Virus record (IMG/VR): IMGVR_UViG_3300035070_003584
Coordinates: 29,032-93,031 of that record
DNA length: 64,000 nt
Strand: one strand, 5' to 3'
From: a virus
Lineage: Duplodnaviria; Caudoviricetes
The position numbers were made by a program, and so were the translations under genes. This document shows, piece by piece, positions 56,717 to 64,000 of this stretch. The notes below the pieces were generated by a model. It worked only from the letters and a program-made list of their open reading frames with translations. It was not told the origin of the DNA and made no database searches. Each line of letters opens with the position of its first letter. Position 1 is the first letter of the stretch.

Positions 56717-57366
56717 TGAAAAATATTATTTTACAGCATTGGCATGGTGATATGCCTAGATGGGCAAATATTTGTAAAAATAGTATTGAAGACTATTCTA
56801 GAAGAATTGGAGCAGATTATGAATTGCTTCAAGGATTTCCTATGGGTGACTGGTTTCCCAATACAAAAACAAAGCCATGGTTGGTAATTCAAAAAATCTT
56901 TATGTTGAATGAAAAATATGATGAGTATGATAATGTACTTATGTTAGATATGGATATGTTATTTACTGGTAAATTGGATAATATTTTTATTCATAATGGT
57001 ATTGGACGGCTTCATAAAGTCGGTATGCGAAATATCAGTGGTAGTAAAAATGGTCGTAAATGGCCAAAACTCTATACCAGACAACAGCCTATGTTCTTTG
57101 GCAATTGTGTTAAATTTACTAGAGAACAACGAATCAATCTTAGAAAAGAATTGAATACTGACGTAATACATAATAGTATGTCATCCGATGGATTACCACC
57201 AAACGATGAGATCATAATGCATTATTTAATTGTGCAATCAGGCATTTTAGATAATAAAATAAAATTAGAAATTCCTCATGATAAATTTTGTGACCTACCA
57301 GAGGAAGCTGCTCCGGATGCTACACTAGTACATTATTGTGGAAACAGAAAGAACTATATAAAATGA
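56716..57366 (+). CDS. GT-A fold glycosyltransferase
   Basis: MLDMDM, DE..MH, LVHY. Confidence 0.72.
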   Translation: MKNIILQHWHGDMPRWANICKNSIEDYSRRIGADYELLQGFPMGDWFPNTKTKPWLVIQKIFMLNEKYDEYDNVLMLDMDMLFTGKLDNIFIHNGIGRLHKVGMRNISGSKNGRKWPKLYTRQQPMFFGNCVKFTREQRINLRKELNTDVIHNSMSSDGLPPNDEIIMHYLIVQSGILDNKIKLEIPHDKFCDLPEEAAPDATLVHYCGNRKNYIK

Positions 57367-58064
57367 AAAATATTATTCTACAACACTTTCACCCATTTCG
57401 GCCAAATGTAATTCAAGAGATGGAATCTCGTGGTGGTAGGTTACCATTTATCGTAGAAAAGAGTGTAGAGAATATTAAAAAGTATGCCGATAAACTTGGT
57501 GCTGAATATAAGCTCTTGGATGGAGAACCATTCCAAAAAGGTTTAAGAGGTCAGTGTCAAAAGTGTGCTGCAATTAATGAAGAATATGATGATTATGATA
57601 CAGTAGTTGTATTGGATACCGATAAGTTTGTCACAACTAGTTGTACCGAAAATGTATTTGAAGCAAAAGGCATTGCACCATTTGATCAGATCCACCGTGA
57701 GAGACAATTACCTGCATTCATTAATGAGTTTCCTAGATTGGGCAATCCAAACTATCCTATGTGGTCTGGTGCCATCTATGTTATGCCTAGAGAATTTAGA
57801 CAATTAATGAGGGCACAAATTAATCCGGCCATGAGAAAAGTATTTGAACAGATTAGCCCTAGGCCGTATGTTGATGAAGGTATCTTCCATGTTCTGTGTG
57901 TAAAAGCTAACTTTAAACTAGATAAATATTTGGATGAGAAATGGGATTACAGTAGCTATCTTCCAAATCCGGAAAAGGCTAATATGATACACATCAGACA
58001 CAAGCCTAAGAGTAGAGAAGAAAATTATATTGATCTGGTAAATGCCGGAATTATAGGAGAATAA
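57363..58064 (+). CDS. GT-A fold glycosyltransferase (paralog of the upstream gene)
   Basis: Shared MKNIILQH start; VLDTD, DEGIFH, IHIRH. Confidence 0.72.
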   Translation: MKNIILQHFHPFRPNVIQEMESRGGRLPFIVEKSVENIKKYADKLGAEYKLLDGEPFQKGLRGQCQKCAAINEEYDDYDTVVVLDTDKFVTTSCTENVFEAKGIAPFDQIHRERQLPAFINEFPRLGNPNYPMWSGAIYVMPREFRQLMRAQINPAMRKVFEQISPRPYVDEGIFHVLCVKANFKLDKYLDEKWDYSSYLPNPEKANMIHIRHKPKSREENYIDLVNAGIIGE

Positions 58065-58065
58065 A

Positions 58066-58752
58066 TTGGCTAGAAATATGGAAAGACCTTGTACTACGGT
58101 TATTAATGAAGTAATTAATGCTGGATATAACATTGATGTAGTATATGATATTGGTGCTAATGTAGGTAGATGGACCCAGGAATGGCGAAAGCATATTCCT
58201 AATGCCAAATATATTATGTTCGAAGCCAATCCAAATAATAAATGTGCAATTTCATTAAATAATGATATGTATATGCATCAGGTATTATCAGATGCAGATG
58301 ATAGAACAGTGGAGTTCTTTTTAGCTAATAGTGGTAAGGCAAGTACTGGTGATAGTTATTATAAGGAATTAACTGTTAATTATTCCGAAGGTAAATCTGT
58401 ACTGTTAACTACAAAGAAACTTAATACAGTAATTGAAGAAAAGAATCTACCTTTACCAGATTTTATTAAAATGGATACACAGGGTGCTGAGGTAGATATT
58501 ATTAATGGTGGCTCTGATGCAATGGAACATGCCAAAGTAGCAATATTAGAAATGCCAATAATGCCATATAATAAAGGTGCACCAAATTTTAGTAAATATA
58601 TTGACACAATGTATGCTAATGGTTTTATTCCAACTGGAGTTGATCACATTGCAATGAGACATAATGTTGTAAATCAGATGGATATTGTCTTTATTAAGGC
58701 CGATATTAATCATAAAATTTCAGGGCATAAAAATAGATACAGAGGTTTCTAA
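58066..58752 (+). CDS. FkbM-family methyltransferase
   Basis: YDIGANVG, FEAN, PDFIKMDTQGAE. Confidence 0.92.
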   Translation: MARNMERPCTTVINEVINAGYNIDVVYDIGANVGRWTQEWRKHIPNAKYIMFEANPNNKCAISLNNDMYMHQVLSDADDRTVEFFLANSGKASTGDSYYKELTVNYSEGKSVLLTTKKLNTVIEEKNLPLPDFIKMDTQGAEVDIINGGSDAMEHAKVAILEMPIMPYNKGAPNFSKYIDTMYANGFIPTGVDHIAMRHNVVNQMDIVFIKADINHKISGHKNRYRGF

Positions 58753-58753
58753 T

Positions 58754-59452
58754 ATGTTAGATGCATATGCCATAACATTAGCAAATAGTGAAACATCACA
58801 GGTCGGAACAAATAACCTTATTAAATCGTCAAAAAAAGTAAAAAATAATTTTGATATTAATATATTTGATGCTGTGACACCTGATATGGCACATACTATT
58901 ATGATCGGCAATGGTCTTAAATGGAAATATCCATGGGAAGGTAAAGAGACAGACCTTAGAACTGGTCTTGTTAAGTCTGCATATCAGACATCAAATAAGA
59001 ATAGTAGAATTGCATGTGCAATGAGCCATTGGTTGTTGTGGCATAAATGCGTCACAATTGATAAACCAATACTTATTATGGAACATGATGCATTGTTTAT
59101 TGAAAAATTAGATTATAAATCTATCCTTAAGAGTAACTATGATATCATTGGCATTAACTCTCCTGCGTCAGCTACGCGCCGTGCGCATCAATTCCATGAT
59201 ATTGTACAGAGTAAACCAGCATGGGTACAACCAGTACCAGATATTGATGAGTTCAATATTCCTCAAGGCCTTGCCGGAAATTCTGCATATATAATTAAAC
59301 CTAAGGGTGCTAAAAACTTACTTGAGGCAGTCAAAGAACATGGTGTTTGGCCAAACGATGCAATAATGTGTAAGCAAATTATTCCTAACTTGGGTGTGAC
59401 TAAACTTTATTTTACAAGAGTTCAAGGACTCCCATCAACTACGGTGAATTGA
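58754..59452 (+). CDS. GT25-family glycosyltransferase
   Basis: FDAV, ACAMSHW.LW, IMEHDA, AYII.P.GA. Confidence 0.85.
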   Translation: MLDAYAITLANSETSQVGTNNLIKSSKKVKNNFDINIFDAVTPDMAHTIMIGNGLKWKYPWEGKETDLRTGLVKSAYQTSNKNSRIACAMSHWLLWHKCVTIDKPILIMEHDALFIEKLDYKSILKSNYDIIGINSPASATRRAHQFHDIVQSKPAWVQPVPDIDEFNIPQGLAGNSAYIIKPKGAKNLLEAVKEHGVWPNDAIMCKQIIPNLGVTKLYFTRVQGLPSTTVN

Positions 59453-59453
59453 T

Positions 59454-60104
59454 ATGAAAGCCTTTGTAATTACAATTATGGATAATCCTCAGTCTGTAAA
59501 GGCGGCAGAAAGATGTATTAAATCTGCCGCCAAATATGGACTTGAAGTTAATATGCACAAAGCATATACTCCTAAAGACAAACCATGGGAAATTCTACAT
59601 AAGAAAGGTATTTCTCCTCACGGATTTGTTGAACGATACTCTCGATTAGAAAATTGTATGTCGTGCTTTTTATCACATCATTCACTATGGGAGATGGCAG
59701 TTGAAAATGATGAGACAATTGTAGTCTTTGAGCATGATGCTGTTATTACCGGCCCAGTCCCAGTAAATGAGAAATTTGATGGATGTATGACATTCTCAAA
59801 ACCATCATATGGTAAATTTAATACACCAATAAAGCTTGGAGTTGATGGACTAGTTCAGAAACAATACTTTGGTGGTGCACATGGTTATATGATTAATCCT
59901 GTTGGTGCAAAAAAGTTTATTGCTAAAGCATTAATTAATGCCGCACCGGCTGATACATTTATTAATCTTCAAAACTTCTCATGGTTGCAAGAATATTATC
60001 CTTGGGTTTGTATGGCCGTGGATAGTTTTACTACTATTCAGAAAGAAGACGGCTGTATCGCAAAACACAATTATAAAGATGGATATGAGATAATCAATGC
60101 CTAA
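59454..60104 (+). CDS. GT25-family glycosyltransferase
   Basis: CFLSHHSLW, VFEHDA, GAHGYMI.P.GA, PAD. Confidence 0.85.
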   Translation: MKAFVITIMDNPQSVKAAERCIKSAAKYGLEVNMHKAYTPKDKPWEILHKKGISPHGFVERYSRLENCMSCFLSHHSLWEMAVENDETIVVFEHDAVITGPVPVNEKFDGCMTFSKPSYGKFNTPIKLGVDGLVQKQYFGGAHGYMINPVGAKKFIAKALINAAPADTFINLQNFSWLQEYYPWVCMAVDSFTTIQKEDGCIAKHNYKDGYEIINA

Positions 60105-60780
60105 GATGCCCGAAAAATTAATTGTTACTGGATGTGATAAAAAAACTGAATGGCAATTGCCATGGTTTTTAGATAACTATTTTAAGCATAATACCATACC
60201 AATTGCAGTTGCCAATTTTGGTATGTCAGAAGAAATGAAAAAACGTGTCTATGATAGGGCTGGTGTTTTTTGTTACATGGATATTAATAAGGGTGATGAG
60301 AACTATGACAAAGGTTGGTTTCATAAACCAGCTGCAATGTTATCCGCACCAGGTCATAATGTGTTTTGGATTGATACTGATTGTGAAATACTAGGTAATA
60401 TTGAAAATATGTTTAGATATATTCAACCAAATAAACTTACAATGGCAATTGATAGACCATGGTTGTTACGGCGTAATGAACAATGGCACAATTCTGGTGT
60501 TGTTGGTTTTCATCAGAAACCAGATATTCTAAAACAATGGGCTGAAGCTGTAAAAAGAAATCCAGCAGTTGGTGATCAAGAAGTGTTACATAGTATGTTA
60601 AACCCTATTACTATGATTACCTATATCGCCGAACTACCAAACATATATAATTGGTTACGACTACAAGTTGAAGCTGATAATGAAGATAGTCCAAATAAAA
60701 AGATTATGCATTGGACTGGTGAACAAGGTAATGATAGGATTAGAGGTAAAATGAAAATTATGGAGGCTCTACGTGGCTAA
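60097..60780 (+). CDS. GT-A fold glycosyltransferase
   Basis: WF.KP, WIDTD, NSGVV, GDQEVL, YNW, HWTG. Confidence 0.8.
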   Translation: MPKMPEKLIVTGCDKKTEWQLPWFLDNYFKHNTIPIAVANFGMSEEMKKRVYDRAGVFCYMDINKGDENYDKGWFHKPAAMLSAPGHNVFWIDTDCEILGNIENMFRYIQPNKLTMAIDRPWLLRRNEQWHNSGVVGFHQKPDILKQWAEAVKRNPAVGDQEVLHSMLNPITMITYIAELPNIYNWLRLQVEADNEDSPNKKIMHWTGEQGNDRIRGKMKIMEALRG

Positions 60781-61468
60781 GACAGTACATGTGGTGGGTA
60801 ATGGGGATTCCGCAGTATTCTATAATGAAGCTCCTAGAAAAGGATTAAAACTAGCGTGTAATAAAGCACCATTTCCTATTGAGAATTGCTATGCATCGTG
60901 CATGGTGGACTTTAAGATGATGAAGACTATTCATAAGGGTGATGTTGATGTACCAGGAGAATGGATCCTAGGAGCAAGACCTAAGGTATATATGGAAAAA
61001 CATCCAGGATTTCATATGCAAAGGTCACATCAGATTAAAATGTTCTATACCAAATTGCCAAAATATGCTGCAAATTATACCGATCTAAATTGTGGTCACA
61101 TGGCAGTATATTTTGCCGCTCAACATCTAAAGGCAGATAGAATCCATATGTATGGATTTGATTCAATTTTTGATTTTAATCTAAGAAGTTACACTGACAT
61201 CTATATCAATTCTGATAGAGGTAATATGAATAACAATAGGTTAACAAACAATTGGAGGCCTTTGTGGCAAAATATCTTTAAAGATTTTAATGGTTCTGGT
61301 AAGGAACATCGGTGTGAATTTATTCTTCACCATATGCATGATAATCTAAAGTTTAAATTACCAGACAATATTGTAATTGAAAAGTATGGCCGCCGCGGCG
61401 AGATTGTGGAAAAACCAATGAAAGATGAAAGTATTGGTTGGAGACCACCAGCTAATGGAATACTATAA
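60773..61468 (+). CDS. Sialyltransferase/Maf-like Rossmannoid sugar-transfer protein
   Basis: VVGNG.S, ACN, N.GH.A, IHMYGFD. Confidence 0.55.
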   Translation: MAKTVHVVGNGDSAVFYNEAPRKGLKLACNKAPFPIENCYASCMVDFKMMKTIHKGDVDVPGEWILGARPKVYMEKHPGFHMQRSHQIKMFYTKLPKYAANYTDLNCGHMAVYFAAQHLKADRIHMYGFDSIFDFNLRSYTDIYINSDRGNMNNNRLTNNWRPLWQNIFKDFNGSGKEHRCEFILHHMHDNLKFKLPDNIVIEKYGRRGEIVEKPMKDESIGWRPPANGIL

Positions 61469-61474
61469 AAGGGG

Positions 61475-61526
61475 TTTACATCTCCGAAAAAGTATGATAT
61501 AATAGTATCATAATCAAAAAGAGGTG
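61475..61526 (+). promoter_or_regulatory. Early promoter plus leader cassette
   Basis: TTTACA-N17-TATAAT, AGTATCATAATCAAAAAGAGGT. Confidence 0.8.
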
Positions 61527-61530
61527 TCTT

Positions 61531-61956
61531 ATGATTTTTGTAGAAGGTGGAAGTAAACGGCAAAGAGAAATTGCATTCGAGTGTGCATCATTCACTTGGC
61601 GACAATTAATGCCTCGAATCAAAAAATGTGAAATTAATATCACACTAAGGAAACTCAAAGGTTATCACGGTACATGTCTAGATATTGGTAAAAGAGAATA
61701 TCAAATTGATATTGACAAAAAACTAGGCCTAGGTGATGATTTTACAACCACTATCTTTCATGAGATGGTACACGTTAAACAATTAGTCTATAAGGAATTC
61801 TTTACTGAATGTAATTTCTATAGCAGTCATGAAGAATATATGAATTTACCGTGGGAGATAGAAGCATATGAATTACAGGAGGTTTTATTAGAACAATGGC
61901 AGAATTTCAAGATCACGAACAATCGGAAACGGAACTTTTTCGGAGGGAAATTATGA
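61531..61956 (+). CDS. HExxH zinc metallopeptidase-like protein
   Basis: FHEMVHVKQ, Y..LPWEIEAY. Confidence 0.8.
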   Translation: MIFVEGGSKRQREIAFECASFTWRQLMPRIKKCEINITLRKLKGYHGTCLDIGKREYQIDIDKKLGLGDDFTTTIFHEMVHVKQLVYKEFFTECNFYSSHEEYMNLPWEIEAYELQEVLLEQWQNFKITNNRKRNFFGGKL

Positions 61957-62129
61957 ACAGAGATGGACATATTGAACTTTTGGAAAAAAATGTCTACGAA
62001 TTACAAGAACAATTGCAGAATGCATATAAGCGAATTGATGAATTAACTAATCAGATTGCTACAACTAAAGTATGTGAGTGCCCACCAATTGTGGTATCTG
62101 GTGTAGATGGTAGTGGTAACCCATATTAA
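61896..62129 (+). CDS. Coiled-coil hypothetical protein (start 61896 or 61953)
   Basis: LQEQLQNAYKRI.EL. Confidence 0.6.
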   Translation: MAEFQDHEQSETELFRREIMNRDGHIELLEKNVYELQEQLQNAYKRIDELTNQIATTKVCECPPIVVSGVDGSGNPY

Positions 62130-62158
62130 AATAAATTAAAAAAAATGCATTTTAGGGG

Positions 62159-62218
62159 TTTACATATTCAAAAAAGTATGATATAATAATATCATAATCA
62201 AAAAGGAAGAGGAGCCTT
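62159..62218 (+). promoter_or_regulatory. Early promoter plus leader cassette
   Basis: TTTACA-N17-TATAAT, ATCATAATCAAAAAGGAAGAGGAGCC. Confidence 0.85.
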
Positions 62219-62220
62219 AT

Positions 62221-62523
62221 ATGTTTGCAAAATCACAAATCGCATTACGTGATCACATCGAATCAAAGAATGCCGAAGGTAAAAAGTGGATGGATGAAAA
62301 TCCTGGATCTTTTTACGGTATGACTGTCTCTGACCCAGCTCATTGGGCAGAACAAGGTATTACCACTGTTGAGCAGTACGAGTATCAGATGGAGTACTAT
62401 GGTCTGTTTGATTATATTGCAAATGTGACATCAAAGTCACATGCTCGGTATCTGTTGAGTCTTTGTTGTACCCTCGAAGATCTAAATGAGGTATATCAAC
62501 AGTTCGAAAAGAGGGCAGCATAA
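62221..62523 (+). CDS. Early hypothetical protein
   Basis: After cassette; DPAHWAE.GITTVEQY. Confidence 0.75.
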   Translation: MFAKSQIALRDHIESKNAEGKKWMDENPGSFYGMTVSDPAHWAEQGITTVEQYEYQMEYYGLFDYIANVTSKSHARYLLSLCCTLEDLNEVYQQFEKRAA

Positions 62524-62768
62524 TGGCTAAAGTACAAACATCTAAAGCATTTGGTTCTATGTTTACCACTCACCCTATTACTGGTTATGAATCGAACGGA
62601 GAACCTTCTGCATTAAAAGAAGCATTTGATATGCTTCGTGAAGATTACGAAACTGCTGGTAAAAAAGTAATTGGTATGCAGACATATTATAATAGTGGTT
62701 ATAATAGTGCGACCGATAAATACGAAGGTAAAAAAGAATTTGGTATTGAAGTTGAATGGATTTACTAA
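62523..62768 (+). CDS. Early hypothetical protein
   Basis: TAATG coupling. Confidence 0.65.
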   Translation: MAKVQTSKAFGSMFTTHPITGYESNGEPSALKEAFDMLREDYETAGKKVIGMQTYYNSGYNSATDKYEGKKEFGIEVEWIY

Positions 62769-62908
62769 TTTAGAAGATGCTCCTGTCTCGCTCCTCTCTC
62801 AGTAGAGCATCTTCTAAATCTTATAATGGTCTGGCCGACACCATGGGATAGCGTATTCCTTTCCGCTTGAACTAAAGTCAAACCTCTGCAGGGGGCGGCT
62901 AGATTATT
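62768..62908 (+). ncRNA. Candidate structured RNA(s) upstream of the tRNA cluster
   Basis: 15-bp stem 62768-62782/62805-62819; 13-bp stem 62825-62837/62896-62908. Confidence 0.5.
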
Positions 62909-62985
62909 GGTTCCGTAGCTCAGTTGGATAGAGCAATTGCCTTCTAAGCAATGGGTCAGGGGTTCGAATCCTCTCGGAATCGCCA
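62909..62985 (+). tRNA. tRNA-Arg(UCU)
   Basis: Cloverleaf; anticodon loop CTTCTAA; GGTTCGAATCC; encoded CCA. Confidence 0.95.
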
Positions 62986-62989
62986 ATTC

Positions 62990-63062
62990 GCTCGGTTAGT
63001 TCAGTGGTTAGAACCACGTGCTCATAACGCGTTTGTCGGGGGTTCGAATCCCTCACCGAGTA
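62990..63062 (+). tRNA. tRNA with CAU anticodon (elongator Met or Ile2)
   Basis: GCTCGGT/ACCGAGT acceptor stem; loop CTCATAA; T-loop TTCGAAT; followed by CCC. Confidence 0.9.
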
Positions 63063-63069
63063 CCCTATT

Positions 63070-63144
63070 GCGGGTATAGTATAATGGCTATTACTACAGC
63101 CTTCCAAGCTGAAGATCGGAGTTCGACTCTCCGTACCCGCTCCA
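63070..63144 (+). tRNA. tRNA-Gly(UCC)
   Basis: GCGGGTA/TACCCGC, U discriminator, CCA; loop CTTCCAA. Confidence 0.95.
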
Positions 63145-63162
63145 AATCTTTATGGAGGAAAC

Positions 63163-63318
63163 ATGGAACTAGAACATGAATTTAAAATAGAGTCAAAGGA
63201 AAAACGAATCCTTAAAAGTGAATCTGCCCGGAAGCGCCGGCGCGAGAGAAAAGATATTGCTGCCGAGGTACTACAAAGAGAATATTCTAAGAATAGAAAA
63301 ATTAGAAAGAATAAATAA
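63163..63318 (+). CDS. Small basic protein (51 aa)
   Basis: SD GGAGG; MELEHEFKIESKEKRILKSESARKRRRERK.. Confidence 0.6.
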   Translation: MELEHEFKIESKEKRILKSESARKRRRERKDIAAEVLQREYSKNRKIRKNK

Positions 63319-63324
63319 CGTAAT

Positions 63325-63461
63325 GGGTTGGTCCCCTAATAGACCCGATAGTCCTTACTGTCAGGGACGATAACAATAAAGGAGAATGCATCCTAGATCT
63401 ATAACTAGGCTCTGCTTAATAAGGGAAGGTTCACTGCGATGCGGGGTTCCTTCCCACTTTT
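63325..63461 (+). ncRNA. Candidate multi-hairpin RNA/leader
   Basis: Four GC-rich stems in an AT-rich intergenic region. Confidence 0.45.
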
Positions 63462-63490
63462 AACATCTAATAAAGAAAGATAATAATAAA

Positions 63491-63826
63491 ATGAAAAAAG
63501 TAATGGTTGCACTGTTTGCCGCTGGTTTCGCATCAGCAGCAAATGCTGAGTCTACAATCACAACAACTGTTGGTGTAGAGCGTAATCTCGACACAGAAGT
63601 TAACGAGATTTATTTTGGCCCATCAATCGCTTCTGGTGATTTTACTCTTGGTGTAACTACTAAGATGGTTGATACAACTGCTGATCAAGGCGCATTTAAT
63701 ATTAATTCATCAGACGTTGATATCAAGTATGCGGTAACAGATAATATTTCTGTATACATGGAAAATGATTTCGATGCAGACTTCAAGCAAACTGCCACAA
63801 TCGTAGGCGGTAAAATTTCATTCTAA
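63491..63826 (+). CDS. Small outer-membrane beta-strand (porin-like) protein
   Basis: Signal peptide ..AANA; amphipathic strands; terminal GGKISF. Confidence 0.72.
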   Translation: MKKVMVALFAAGFASAANAESTITTTVGVERNLDTEVNEIYFGPSIASGDFTLGVTTKMVDTTADQGAFNINSSDVDIKYAVTDNISVYMENDFDADFKQTATIVGGKISF

Positions 63827-63839
63827 TTGAGGAGACCCA

Positions 63840-63974
63840 ATGTTAAGATGGTATGATTATGTGATGGTAAGTATCTTTGCTTATCTAATTAGCCAAGGAG
63901 GATTTCTTTGGGCTATCTTAGCTTGGGTCTGCTTTGTCCAATATATGTACCAAAGGAGAGATGGGCATGTCTGA
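63840..63974 (+). CDS. Small membrane protein (44 aa)
   Basis: SD GAGGAG; MLRWYDYVMVSIFAYLI.. Confidence 0.55.
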   Translation: MLRWYDYVMVSIFAYLISQGGFLWAILAWVCFVQYMYQRRDGHV

Positions 63975-64000
63975 TAATATGTTTGATTTTGGTTTTACTG

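Noticed and set aside
62825-62908. 6S RNA or Y RNA assignment
   Set aside because: Only faint resemblance (CTTGAAC word, terminal stem); too short for 6S and lacks a clear Ro-binding bulge, so left unnamed.
62765-63107. Minus-strand ORFs 62765..62986 and 62904..63107
   Set aside because: Antisense shadows of tRNA genes.
63163-63318. Ribosomal protein bS21
   Set aside because: Only the basic KSESARKRRR stretch is reminiscent; the N-terminal bS21 pattern is absent.
1-64000. CRISPR array or cas genes
   Set aside because: No regularly spaced repeat-spacer array seen; the 51450 nuclease is the usual phage exonuclease and the dispersed repeats are promoters.
1-64000. Stop-codon reassignment
   Set aside because: Core genes are full length in the standard code and end in TAA, TGA and TAG.

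Overview
A 64-kb segment of a large, AT-rich T4-like myovirus, probably marine. The host is most likely an alphaproteobacterium, because the phage carries an alpha-type permuted two-piece tmRNA (GGCAGUA T-loop, tag ANDNFAPEMRLAA). The window holds the T4 replication core (gp44, gp62, regA, gp43, uvsX, gp40, gp41), thyX, a class II ribonucleotide reductase, rnh, phoH and pstS, scattered lysis genes, tail-fibre and FG-GAP proteins, and three tRNAs. It also has about 17 near-identical sigma70-type early promoters and several TATAAATA late promoters. Most notable are: (1) a permuted tmRNA whose intervening segment is expanded to about 390 nt, is clamped by a 13-bp stem and carries two coupled ORFs; (2) a UDP-sulfoquinovose synthase (sqdB) inside a glycosyltransferase/methyltransferase island; (3) an island of radical-SAM, desaturase, 2OG-Fe oxygenase and sulfotransferase genes; (4) a DNA-glycosyltransferase and uronic-acid-sugar cluster next to the polymerase; (5) a run of putative capsid-internal proteins sharing an N-terminal targeting motif; (6) several unexplained structured RNAs. 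All assignments come from motif recognition by eye; no database searches were run.
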